Origin: an uncultured delta proteobacterium
GTDB lineage: Bacteria > Desulfobacterota > Desulfobacteria > Desulfobacterales > B30-G6
NCBI GenBank assembly: GCA_963701385.1
Contig: CAVOZW010000027.1
Location: 407,705 to 471,704 of the forward strand
Direction of reading: 5' to 3'
DNA length: 64,000 nucleotides
The position numbers were made by a program, and so were the translations under genes. Positions 9,904-19,483 of this stretch are shown piece after piece. Numbering within the stretch: position 1 is the stretch's first letter; every line of letters begins with the position of its first letter. The notes beneath the pieces were generated by a model. That model was not told the DNA's origin, searched no databases, and saw only the letters and a program-made list of their open reading frames with translations.

Positions 9904-11112
9904 ATGCGCCTCCTTTTCGTCTACGTGGGTTCGTTTGACAGGTTATCTATTGGTATAATGAGATGACAACCCGAATTACAGACTTTACCTGCATGCTGGC
10001 TAAAACAATTAGCGATGATTGTAACTGAATGATTCTTGTATTATGTTAAAACCTGCCATAATTAACAAGGCAGGATGGTATTGAAATAAGATTACAAGCA
10101 ATGTCGCGATAGGTCGGTGAGGATCAATTTATATAACAAATCAGCGAAAAGCACAATTTATTGCTTTATCAAAAAAAATTACCGTGGACATCAAATGTTG
10201 TGGTCTAAGCGCTGCATAAAAAATGTTAGAAAAATGGAGAATATTCCTAACTTGTCGTAATTACAGATAACATCATTCTGGACTGTCAAGTCAAGTATAT
10301 AGTGCAAGGTTAAAATGTAAAGTAACCTTCGTCTTTTGACAAATTGGCTGTTTCGCGTATCGATCTTGCGGACCAACCCCGTCTTCACTTCGTGCGATGC
10401 CTAAATTTTCAAAGGAACGCACCTATGGTGCTGATCTTTAGAATTCAAGTTCAACGGTTTTTGCGTCCTCGCCCCTAATGGTGGCGAAGTCACCACAGGG
10501 CGATTAATGATCGGCCTGTGTATCGGAAGGATTACCCCTATTCAATGGCACTTTGGACGCAGGTTTTGTGCAGGTCGGTAGTCCGGTCACTCCACGAAAT
10601 TTTGAGTACGCTCGCCGCCGTCCATCTCATAAATCGATTTATCAGACAGACCTCGAAACTTGCATGAGGTTTGTGGAGCAACCCCAACGCCAGTTTCGAT
10701 GGAAGCGGCGGCGATGCTTTCCATAACAAACATTATGGAAACTAAAATTTAGCTCCGCTCCACGGGGCGTGCCGTATTCGTTTCGTCCTATTCTGGACGA
10801 GGGTCTCTGGGTTCTGTATATAGAAACTTAGGGTAGACCCCGGGTCATTTCTGCTTCGGCTCAGGGGATAGTCATGTAGGTAAAATATTTGGATTCCATA
10901 ATACGCCTCCTTATTTCTTGCTTCTGGTGCTAATAATCTAACATTTTTGAAGCTAACAATTCCTCTTATATGATCCTCCATAAGACCGTTGCGGTGCTAT
11001 CCGTAGATGAAGACCGCTATGGTAGAATCGTTGGATCGGTATCTGAATTATTGCTTCTACGATAAAACCCAATAAATTCACCCATAGAAGCAATTATGAA
11101 AACTCCCTCTTA

Positions 11113-11541
11113 TTAGGGACTTCCTAAATATCTCAGGGTCTGAACTTTCCTAATCGTTTTCAAGACTTCAATGCTGCTTTTTAATCCTTTAACGTATCTG
11201 GCCATATTTATAGCCCCTCCGGCTATTTGAGCCAGCGCATCAACAAAATTTATATCATCTAACGTGAACTCCCAAGTTTCAGATGTATAAACACGCACTG
11301 CCCCCATTAGTTTTCCCCCGACAACAATTGGTACCGATAGTATTGAGGATATTCCTTCTTTCTTTGCTTCCTTAGAGTACTGGATTCTAGGATCATCCAT
11401 AACATCATCAATCGCCACCGGCCCATCCTCAAGTGATTGGGCAATTGAGCGCAATGCACTCACAGGACCTTTATTTATATACTCATCACTCAACCCGAAT
11501 GAAGTCGCCAGTTCCAGTTCTTTTGTTTTCTGATTGAATTG
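11113..11541 (-). pseudogene. GAF domain fragment (C-terminal half only)
   Basis: DDVMDDPRIQY...EGISSILSVPI..GKLMGAVRVY...LAQIAGGAI matches the second half of a GAF domain. The frame is open from the stop at 11542-11544 and has no ATG. Confidence 0.55.
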
Positions 11542-11817
11542 TCACTGGTCGTATCTGCTAAACCTGCAAAACTCAATGACCCCAAAAACGTCTATTCCAA
11601 GAACACCCAAAACCAAAAGAAGCGACTGAAAGACTATCTTTCCAGTTGCTTGAAGAAAGGAATTCAGACTGGTGAGTTTAACAAGGTACCGGTCAAAGAG
11701 ACTACCAGTATCTTGATGCTGATGATCGATGGAGTCCTACGGCAGAGTGTTCAATCCGGAAAGAGGTTGATGGATACTATAGTGGCGTTTCTTCATAAGA
11801 GCCTGGTCGCTAAATGA
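11539..11817 (+). pseudogene. TetR-family C-terminal domain fragment (HTH missing)
   Basis: GIQTGEFNKVPVKETTSILMLMIDGVL resembles a TetR_C ligand domain. There is no N-terminal HTH. The fragment begins at the same junction as the GAF fragment. Confidence 0.4.
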
Positions 11818-11931
11818 CAAAAAAATAGGGCTGTAGCAAACACAACCCCCGGGCAAAGCACCCCTACAACTAAAACAGGATGTTCGTTCTTCAGATCTTT
11901 ATACACCACACCGACAATCTTCGAAAGATGG

Positions 11932-12225
11932 CTATATTTTCTCTGCTTCTCCGATAAGTTTGTCAAACTGCTCCACATCCACTACCGGTGATGTTGTGAA
12001 ATGAATTCCTGTCTGTTTGTACAAAGCGACCGAGGTCGCCACGGCTTTGTTTGCATCAGGGAAATCGATCGTAAAAACAAGATCATGTTCACCCATGACG
12101 GCATACATGGATACTATCTTTCCACCGTTTTTCCGAATCACTTCACGGGCTTTATCTGTTCTAGCTGAACTGATGTTTTTTACCGACTCAGATGAATATT
12201 TACCGAACATTAAAAAGATAGACAT
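11932..12225 (-). CDS. GYD domain protein
   Basis: 97 aa. FGKYS...GGKIVSMYAVMGEHDLV pattern typical of the GYD family. Confidence 0.8.
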   Translation of the reverse strand: MSIFLMFGKYSSESVKNISSARTDKAREVIRKNGGKIVSMYAVMGEHDLVFTIDFPDANKAVATSVALYKQTGIHFTTSPVVDVEQFDKLIGEAEKI

Positions 12226-12274
12226 TTGAGATCCCCTCCTTTCAACGAAACGCTGTTTGGACAGATGTCAAATC

Positions 12275-12412
12275 TTAGTCCTTCTTCCTCCTGTCTTTGT
12301 CACTTCTCCGGTATCTTGTGCCTCTTTTCTCTGGGCCACGGTATGATGATGCGCCACCTTTTCTTGTATCTTTATTGACTCTGCGGTCTTTACCGCTTCG
12401 TTTGTCTGCCAT
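12275..12412 (-). CDS. 45-aa highly basic protein with KDRR repeats
   Basis: GGAGG (12419-12423), 6-nt spacer, ATG at 12412. Product MADKRSGKDRRVNKDTRKGGASSYRGPEKRGTRYRRSDKDRRKKD. Below the ORF-track size cut-off. Confidence 0.45.
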   Translation of the reverse strand: MADKRSGKDRRVNKDTRKGGASSYRGPEKRGTRYRRSDKDRRKKD

Positions 12413-12764
12413 TTTATGCCTCCAGCTGCCTGTCTATTCTTTTACTCTTTTAGCTCAATTAAAGCAAGCCTAACATCAATTGGGCAAGTTGTTGATATCT
12501 AAAAACACAACTTCACTGGTCACAGGTGGGGTAACGATATGGTTAAGTGTCCCGGGGGAATCTCACCCCTACACTCTTCAAGGTAGGGTCGAGGAATGGC
12601 GCGGTGCTCTCAGAGCCCGTTTCCGAGGTTATAAATAAAATTGCCTAAAGTTTCATTCGGTATCACTTTGAAGGTATCATAGAAACTTGGGTTTTCTTAG
12701 AGAATCTTCAGACTTGAATCTAAAACCCTTCACAAGTGCGCTTTGTAACGAGAATGCGTTTTTT

Positions 12765-13364
12765 TTATTGAGATTTCTTTCCCCTTATATTTTCAAAAAA
12801 TAACTGCATATCTTCTATATCAGCATTTAAATTTCCTGAAGGATATATTAATGGAGCAAAGTTGATACTCTTATTCTTATAATCAAAACACGCCATCAAT
12901 ATTGGAACATCAGCACCTATTGCAATACGATAAAAGCCGGATTTCCACTTCTCCACTTTTTTTCGGGTTCCTTCAGGTGCTATGGCGAGAATGAATTTGT
13001 CCATACTTTTGTATTGGTTGATCATCGTATCAACCATGCCGTGAGATGAACTTCGATCTATGGGTATTCCACCAAGCCATCGTACAATACCACCAAACGG
13101 TTTTCGAAAGAGTGGCTTTTTCCCCATCCATGAAATTTTGGCGCCTAAAATTAAAATAGCCGCTATACCAAAAACGAAATCCCAATTGGATGTATGTGGT
13201 CCAAAAATAATCACAAACTTGGGAATATTAGGGAATTCATTTTTGAAACCCCATCCGAATATTGCAAATATTAATTTACCTATCCATGAAAAAAAATAAG
13301 TTTTCTTTTTGGGTATATTTTCACCAACAATCGGTCCGCTTGTTTTGCCATTAGGAGTTTTCAA
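12765..13364 (-). CDS. lysophospholipid (PlsC-like) acyltransferase
   Basis: HX4D motif (HTSNWD) and PEGTR motif. Confidence 0.8.
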   Translation of the reverse strand: MKTPNGKTSGPIVGENIPKKKTYFFSWIGKLIFAIFGWGFKNEFPNIPKFVIIFGPHTSNWDFVFGIAAILILGAKISWMGKKPLFRKPFGGIVRWLGGIPIDRSSSHGMVDTMINQYKSMDKFILAIAPEGTRKKVEKWKSGFYRIAIGADVPILMACFDYKNKSINFAPLIYPSGNLNADIEDMQLFFENIRGKKSQ

Positions 13365-13794
13365 GAGCCACCTAATATCTTCACCTAAACAAAATGCTAT
13401 TAAACAAATGCATTCTACATGTTCCGATATCTGATGTGAGACGTTAAATCTGAGTTATGAATTGTGAAACTATTGTGGACCGTGAAGGCGCAATAATGAA
13501 CCATGCGTGCCATGGTACCATGTCAGATCAGGTTGATTTCAGGTCAGTTTCAGAAGGTTAATTTTCAATATCAGGAAATTATGAAAACCACAAGATATGG
13601 TTAATTCGGGATCAAAAGAAAGGGTGTGATATGCTCTGAAATATTATCTGAAAACTAAATATCAACCGAACAAAGATGTATGGAGAATAAGCCACGTTTG
13701 CACTATTTCCATATATCATCATTAATGATGCTTTGGCGAACGATTTGATGATTTCACATCAATTTTACCAGCACAAAAACAGCATATGGAGTTA

Positions 13795-14817
13795 TCAACG
13801 GATTTGTAAAGCATCTTTTTCTGGCAGTTTAAGCGGGAGCGTCAAAAGGCTTTTGCTGCCTTGCAGAAATTCCATATAGTGACCGGCTGTCTCTTCCGGT
13901 CTTTCCATCATTGGGCAATGACCCATGTCTTTCATTATTATAGTGGTAGATTTTGACAGGCCTTTTTCAAGAATCCTTGTTGAAGAAACATCATGTATGC
14001 GATCCTTATCACCCCAAAGTATCAAGGTAGGCGATGTAATGTCCTGAAGTTTTGCTTCCAATTGCAGTGGTGATTCAGTAACCGCCACATGATAAGAAAT
14101 TTTTTTCTTGATATTGACGTCAGCCATGGTTTGCTTGAAATATACCTCCCGGATCGATTCTGAGACCTCAGGCAATTCAACAAACATATATTCCAGCATC
14201 TTATTGTATTCTTCGCGTGTACTTGGAATTAAAATGTTTTCACCTTGTTGCATAAGTATCCAAAATTCACTCTTTCTTGCAGAAGGTATGCCTCCAGTGG
14301 AAAACAGAGCTAGACTCAATACCTGTTCAGGATACGCAGCGGCATATTCTCCAGCAATTACCCCTCCCATTGAATTTCCTAAGATATGGAATTTAGACAA
14401 TCCCAATGCACCGGCAAATTTGTTTAATCGTTCTACCTGCATCTCTATCCGATATGATTCTCCCATCAATTTTGAACTTTTCCCGTGGCCCGGCAGGTCC
14501 ATAGCAATCACACGATAGGCTGGCGTGAGCGACTTTGCGAATACGGTCCACATTTCCTTGAACCCGCCGAACCCATGTAAGAGAAGGATGGGTTCTCCGT
14601 TCCCACCTTCATGATAAACTATTTTAAATGCATCAACCGTCGTTGTTTTCTCGATTAAACCTGCAGATTTAACCATTTGCTCCAATTCGACGTGATCGGC
14701 GGTTGTTTTGGTTTGTGATTCTTGAGATGAATTACACCCCGACAGCATCAAGAATAAAATCAGGATGGTTAGTTTCTTCACGATGATCTCTTTTCTGATA
14801 GGGATTAATTTTAACAA
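13795..14817 (-). CDS. alpha/beta-fold hydrolase, probable lipoprotein
   Basis: HGFGG oxyanion motif, GNSMGG nucleophile elbow, C-terminal MGHCPMMERPEE. The track start is TTG. GTG at 14781 (VKKLTILILFLMLSGC) is a likelier start. Confidence 0.8.
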   Translation of the reverse strand: MLKLIPIRKEIIVKKLTILILFLMLSGCNSSQESQTKTTADHVELEQMVKSAGLIEKTTTVDAFKIVYHEGGNGEPILLLHGFGGFKEMWTVFAKSLTPAYRVIAMDLPGHGKSSKLMGESYRIEMQVERLNKFAGALGLSKFHILGNSMGGVIAGEYAAAYPEQVLSLALFSTGGIPSARKSEFWILMQQGENILIPSTREEYNKMLEYMFVELPEVSESIREVYFKQTMADVNIKKKISYHVAVTESPLQLEAKLQDITSPTLILWGDKDRIHDVSSTRILEKGLSKSTTIIMKDMGHCPMMERPEETAGHYMEFLQGSKSLLTLPLKLPEKDALQIR

Positions 14818-15106
14818 AATTGGTAGCGTAATAAAGTTGAGAACAAGTATAGAGAGAAGGCAGTTAAGTATAAAAAATCAGTGTCAGTTCAGTCGTGATT
14901 TAAACGAGTTGTACCTTACATGATTTCTATTGATAGGTCAAAAGGTTGGGATTCACGCTTTGATTAAAGCCTATTTTGCAAAAAAGAACAAATGACAACG
15001 AATACAGATGTATGGAGATACACCTGACATTTTGGAATTTAAGGCAAATTCGCTGATACCATATTGTTATGACCAGCGTACCTCGGGAGACTATCATCAG
15101 GGGCAG

Positions 15107-15415
15107 CTAATCCCCCTGAGATACGATCTGAAAAACAGCTGGTGCTATCCTACCATTTCTGCATCCTGGGCACTAACCTGGCCGCTTGAATGTCTTTCGG
15201 TTTTTAAATTGAAATCCGCAATTCATACAATAATAAGGCTTTAAATGTATTCGTTTTTTCTGATGCTTGAGTGTTTTTTCTATGAAAGTCAGATGATGGT
15301 AAACATCTTTTTCCAAGATACCAATTGATTGAGAAATATCCCTGACTGTCAGGGCATTGTTTTCAAGTTCATCGATGATCTCTTGCCTTATGGTTTGTTT
15401 TCTTTCATCGATCAT
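15107..15415 (-). pseudogene. HTH + zinc-ribbon transcriptional regulator (COG3357-like) interrupted by an in-frame TAG
   Basis: The wHTH (LTVRDISQSIGILEKDVYHHL) and first CxxC (CMNC) precede the TAG at 15173-15175. The same frame continues with CPGCRNGRIAPAVFQIVSQGD to the TAG at 15107-15109, which supplies the second CxxC. Confidence 0.7.
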
Positions 15416-15567
15416 AACATATGCCCTAGAACCACTCTCCCAACTGTGATTATTTTCGCACATCGTTACTTTTTAAGGCACCTGATATCTACCGTTTTGT
15501 TGGAGTTATATGGAATTTGAAAAGAACCAATTTCTATGTAAAAAGCATAATGTATGAAAGGTTATTA

Positions 15568-15596
15568 TTGACATAGAAAATACCAATTGTTACTAT
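15568..15596 (+). promoter_or_regulatory. sigma70-like promoter (TTGACA-17 nt-TACTAT)
   Basis: Perfect -35 at 15568-15573 and -10 at 15591-15596. It lies upstream of a 32-codon ORF and the lipoprotein gene. Confidence 0.35.
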
Positions 15597-15877
15597 TTAA
15601 CCGTTCTTTTTTGATGATCCAATCATAAATACATGGAGCCTCATCAGGAAGGAGATGAAATGAATCTCAAATTCCTTGTGTTGCCAAACATAATCGCAAC
15701 CTCCAAAAGATATCGACGCGAAACCACGGATCTCACCCTTCCTATTCTATTCATCTGACAACCGAACACTCTTTGAGCAAGCACACTGGACTGCAGCAGT
15801 GACAGCGTTTACATCACCAGATGTATGATCCGGATTTTAATGCTGTAATGGAGTAATCAGCATAAGGGGGATATGCA

Positions 15878-17725
15878 ATGCTTTCACGAATCAACAATTT
15901 CCAATATGGCTTAATTCTTCTTTTTTTGTTTGCCTTCATGACTGCCTGTGGCGGCGGCGGAGGTACGGATAGTAATGGAGATGGCTCCATTAAAATATCT
16001 GATATTGAAGGTCTTTGGACGATATATTTTACTGATAATAATGCCGATACAGCAAATCGTATGCAAGTAATCTATCTGATGGATAGGGACGATGATTTGT
16101 ACTGTTTAGTGGAAGATTCTTCCGAAGTAAAAGACTATATTGCAGATCTCAGCGGTTCGAGCATTTCGATGAATTGGAATAAGAATGGCGGCACACTGAA
16201 TCTTGAAGGTATCGTTTCTGATGGCAAGATGACAGGAACTTGGGACGAATCAAACAGCGGGTCAGGCACTTGGGAGGCCATCTACGGTTTAGATCTTGAA
16301 GACCCCAAGGTCACTTTGGGCGATGGTCAAGACATTCTATTGAAGATAGAGGAAGCAGATGATTTCGGCACGTCAACGTATTACGGTACTGATCCAGGAG
16401 ATGGCAGCGATCCATTAATAATAAAGACCGTTGTTCAAATGGATAGTGATGAACTAACAATTGATGCAGGTAATGATGGTCAGATTATAGGCATCATCTT
16501 CGCAGAAACAAAAGTTAGCCTTGAATATAACACAGATGGTTCATTCGACTATGAAATTAGATACAAGGATGAAGTAACATACTCAGGTGTAGATCTGGAT
16601 GTAGGAACTAATAGTACTTTAACTGATAAGAAAATTGGCAAATACAGCCAGTCAACAACTGAGATATATACTGTGCTGAAGCCAAGCATAGATGTAAACG
16701 AAAGTATAGAAAGCCTACAACCTAGTTTTATAGACAGTTTTCAGACCATTCTGGCAGCCTCTACTCTTTTCATGATAAACCGCGAAACAGCTTATGGAGA
16801 AGACGGTGACACTGATGAAGTTTCCTTTGGAGATCCTTTTGTACAAGTAATGTTTGACAACAAGGAATATGTTGAACTTTCTTCAACACGCGTGGTACTC
16901 GGGCTAGTTTGGGAGTATCGAGTAAAAAATATAAATAAGCTTTGCAGTAATGCTGATAATCCACTGTGCCTTGAACGTGCTGAAGTCGTTAATAAATATT
17001 TAGTAATGCATATCAACATTATTGAGGAGATCATACGTGATATTATCAGGCAAGAATGGGAAAAGTATCAAAACAACGAGGATGACGAGGATGATGAAGG
17101 AGTTACTGTAATAGATGATACATTTGAAAATAATATGCTGGGCTGGACAGTGGAGTTAATAGACGCAACAGATTGGGATTACCATTTTTCAAGCTCTTTA
17201 GGACTGGTGATTACAAACATAGAACCTACGATAATAAACACAAGTATGGGGGGTGAGCATGCTGTCGTGAGATTGACTAAAGCATTCACAAAGCTCTACG
17301 ACTTTCATCTTGAGGCTAAAATCGGCTGGGATACAGGGGAGGGTCTTCTCGCTGCTCAAGCATTAGAAATTATTCTATATGGTGAAAATGACACCTGGCT
17401 TGGATTCTTTGCAGAATACTCTGATAACTGGGTAGGCGATATTGGGGTTGGGAAAGCAATGGCAGATAATGAACCTCCTTACGATCCATGGGAAAGCGAT
17501 AAATTACCGCTTGCGGGAGAGGCAGATATCGAAATAGTGCGCAATAATGGCGCAGTAGAAATCTTCTGGGACAATACAAGGGTCGTTGAAGGAAACATTT
17601 CAACCCCAATCTCCAAAATCCGCATATGCTTCTCATATTATGCTTATAACGGGACATATGGGTCAACTTATTTCTGGAGAGAATCTATTCGTTCTATAAA
17701 GGTCTCTGGAAAAGATGCTCCTTGA
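15878..17725 (+). CDS. large acidic lipoprotein, no recognised family
   Basis: Lipobox LFAFMTAC followed by GGGGG. 615 aa, D/E/N/T-rich, AT-rich codons. The C-terminal about 200 aa look beta-rich (lectin or LamG-like, a guess only). Confidence 0.75.
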   Translation: MLSRINNFQYGLILLFLFAFMTACGGGGGTDSNGDGSIKISDIEGLWTIYFTDNNADTANRMQVIYLMDRDDDLYCLVEDSSEVKDYIADLSGSSISMNWNKNGGTLNLEGIVSDGKMTGTWDESNSGSGTWEAIYGLDLEDPKVTLGDGQDILLKIEEADDFGTSTYYGTDPGDGSDPLIIKTVVQMDSDELTIDAGNDGQIIGIIFAETKVSLEYNTDGSFDYEIRYKDEVTYSGVDLDVGTNSTLTDKKIGKYSQSTTEIYTVLKPSIDVNESIESLQPSFIDSFQTILAASTLFMINRETAYGEDGDTDEVSFGDPFVQVMFDNKEYVELSSTRVVLGLVWEYRVKNINKLCSNADNPLCLERAEVVNKYLVMHINIIEEIIRDIIRQEWEKYQNNEDDEDDEGVTVIDDTFENNMLGWTVELIDATDWDYHFSSSLGLVITNIEPTIINTSMGGEHAVVRLTKAFTKLYDFHLEAKIGWDTGEGLLAAQALEIILYGENDTWLGFFAEYSDNWVGDIGVGKAMADNEPPYDPWESDKLPLAGEADIEIVRNNGAVEIFWDNTRVVEGNISTPISKIRICFSYYAYNGTYGSTYFWRESIRSIKVSGKDAP

Positions 17726-17844
17726 GAGGAAAAGCAAAGGTTAGAATATAAGGATCATCTCCAAAAGAGTTGATCTAAAAGAAGGATTCCAGGATTCCAG
17801 GGGTCCAGGATTCGAGTGATATGCTCAAAAATTATAAATAGTTA

Positions 17845-18166
17845 AACGTTTGGCAGAAATCGTATAGGCTTTGTTTGTATATATGTAAAGTAACGAACCG
17901 TTTTCCAAAAGATGAAATGTACGGTTTGACGTCAAAAGTCAGAAGATCTGCTGTTTCTATTCCATCGAATATCCCCGAGGGGTATGGGAGGTTTCTTTAT
18001 ATTGCTTATGGATCAGTCTGTGAACTGGAAACCCAAACGATGATATCTGGTGACTTGGGTTATGTTCAAAAAGAAAGATTTTAGGAATTAAGAGAGGAAA
18101 ATCGGGGATGTCGAGAGAATGATAGCAATGATCAAATCCCTGGAAAACAAACACTTGGATCCTTGA
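17845..18166 (+). pseudogene. four-helix-bundle protein (23S rRNA IVS-type, TIGR02436-like), multiply disrupted
   Basis: FPKDEMYGLTSKVRRSAVSIPSNIPEGYG...GSVCELETQ core. There is a stop before the N-terminal LNVWQKS segment, an internal deletion after EGYGR, and a TAG at 18082-18084. A frameshift precedes KIGDVERMIAMIKSLENKHLDP. Confidence 0.7.
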
Positions 18167-18415
18167 ATCCTCGACCCCTGGAACCCTTTCTCCCAACTAG
18201 TTGGGAGAAGAGCTGAATATAAGTTAGGAGTAGAATTGAAGTGACCCCAAATATAGGCTAAAATGCAGGTCGCTTAAATATTGCTATGGTGGTGATACTC
18301 TAAAAAACCTGTAACTATTAGAAATCTTAAATAAGTTGGAGTAACCAAAATTATTTACAGGTCAAAATTATTACAGATATGTCAACTATAAAGAAGTCTT
18401 CTTGATGGGATTGTT

Positions 18416-19411
18416 CTAACCTATACACTGAAGTTCATTCGCCCATGCAAATAATTCCGGAGTACCGCCTGTATGCCAGAACAAAACGGTCTGACCTTTT
18501 CTGAAATATCCCTTTTGAATTAGGTTAATTAACCCACCCATAGCCCGCGCTGTATAAACTGGTCCTAATAATATTCCTTCATATTGTGCAAGATCCCTGA
18601 TGGCATTGTATTCAATATCGCCGGGCATTGCATAACCCGCCCCTAAGTAATCACAGTTTAGAGAAAAGTCTTCTTCCACCAACTGGATGGGAAAACCAAT
18701 TCGTCGGGCGGTTGTATTGGCAATCTCTGTTAGGACTGGGGGGAATGGTTCATCTCCGGTTTTTGTTTGATCAATGCTGATGCCTAGAACCTGGCCCTTA
18801 AAATTTATGATCTTTGCCCCTAAAGTCAGACCGGACTGGGTTCCTCCGGAGCTTGTTGCATACACGATTGCATCCAGCTGGATGTGCATGTCTTTCAACT
18901 GAGTTTCAAGTTCTAACATGGCATTGACATATCCAGCAGACCCTATGCTGTTAGATCCACCAACAGGTATTACATAGGGTTTCTTTCCCGCAGCTACAAG
19001 ATTTTCAGCAACCTGGTTTAACCTACTATCCCTATCTTTTCTATCACAGTAATGTATATTGGCCCCAAATATTTTATCCAGTAAAAGGTTACCATTAAGA
19101 CTCTCCGGCATTATCCCGTTTAAGACCAAATGGCACGACAGACCCGCTTTTCTTGCTGCAGCTGCTGTCAGACGGCAGTGGTTGGACTGTAGTCCCCCGG
19201 CGGTAACCAACGTGTCTTTATCCTGTTTCAGGGCTTCACCAATGAGAAATTCAAGCTTCCGGGTCTTATTTCCCCCCATGCCAAGCGATGTGATATCATC
19301 TCTTTTCATAAATATAGCAGGGCCATTACAGGCATTTGAAAATGATTCAAGATAGTGAATTGGAGTTGGGAATTCAGCCAGATGAAATCGAGGCAACGCT
19401 TCTAAATTCAT
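18416..19411 (-). CDS. PLP-dependent D-cysteine desulfhydrase / ACC deaminase family protein
   Basis: GGNKTRKLEFL lysine motif and overall family resemblance. Confidence 0.85.
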   Translation of the reverse strand: MNLEALPRFHLAEFPTPIHYLESFSNACNGPAIFMKRDDITSLGMGGNKTRKLEFLIGEALKQDKDTLVTAGGLQSNHCRLTAAAARKAGLSCHLVLNGIMPESLNGNLLLDKIFGANIHYCDRKDRDSRLNQVAENLVAAGKKPYVIPVGGSNSIGSAGYVNAMLELETQLKDMHIQLDAIVYATSSGGTQSGLTLGAKIINFKGQVLGISIDQTKTGDEPFPPVLTEIANTTARRIGFPIQLVEEDFSLNCDYLGAGYAMPGDIEYNAIRDLAQYEGILLGPVYTARAMGGLINLIQKGYFRKGQTVLFWHTGGTPELFAWANELQCIG

Positions 19412-19483
19412 AAAAACAATCCTTTCAATTCAAGATCTGTCCAAATTTAATAGGGCAGACTCCCGAAAATTGCTATCCTAATT

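Noticed and set aside
10150-10430. Minus-strand GTGCG at about 10424 followed by ...GAAACAGCCAA, reminiscent of a group II intron 5' end. Considered with it: the idea that it and the 3' remnant at 1660-2445 are halves of one split intron.
   Set aside because: The GTGCG is part of a simple local hairpin (GTGCG...CGCAC). No domain I features could be traced, and the resemblance is a short string only. This needs a covariance-model search and is not supportable by eye.
10455-10500. GGACGCAAA string and nested hairpin (TCGCCC..GGTG-gcgaagt-CACC..GGGCGA) resembling part of a c-di-GMP-I (GEMM) riboswitch.
   Set aside because: Only one short conserved string matches. The second hairpin or tetraloop-receptor architecture is not evident, and no gene lies downstream in the right orientation.
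13674-15018. 13-nt direct repeat AGATGTATGGAGA (13674-13686 and 15006-15018) flanking the alpha/beta hydrolase gene, as a possible cassette or target-site duplication.
   Set aside because: Roughly 30 exact 13-mer pairs are expected by chance in a 64-kb window. The extended similarity (about 24/31 with gaps) is weak, and a third partial copy (CAGATGTATG at about 15820) argues for chance or low complexity.
17784-17815. Short tandem GGATTCCAG-like repeats, and similar GGATCC/TGGAACC strings at 18155-18190, as a possible mini-array.
   Set aside because: Only about three imperfect units with no spacers. These strings are the usual flanks or C-terminal codons (LDP..LNP) of four-helix-bundle (IVS-type) gene remnants.
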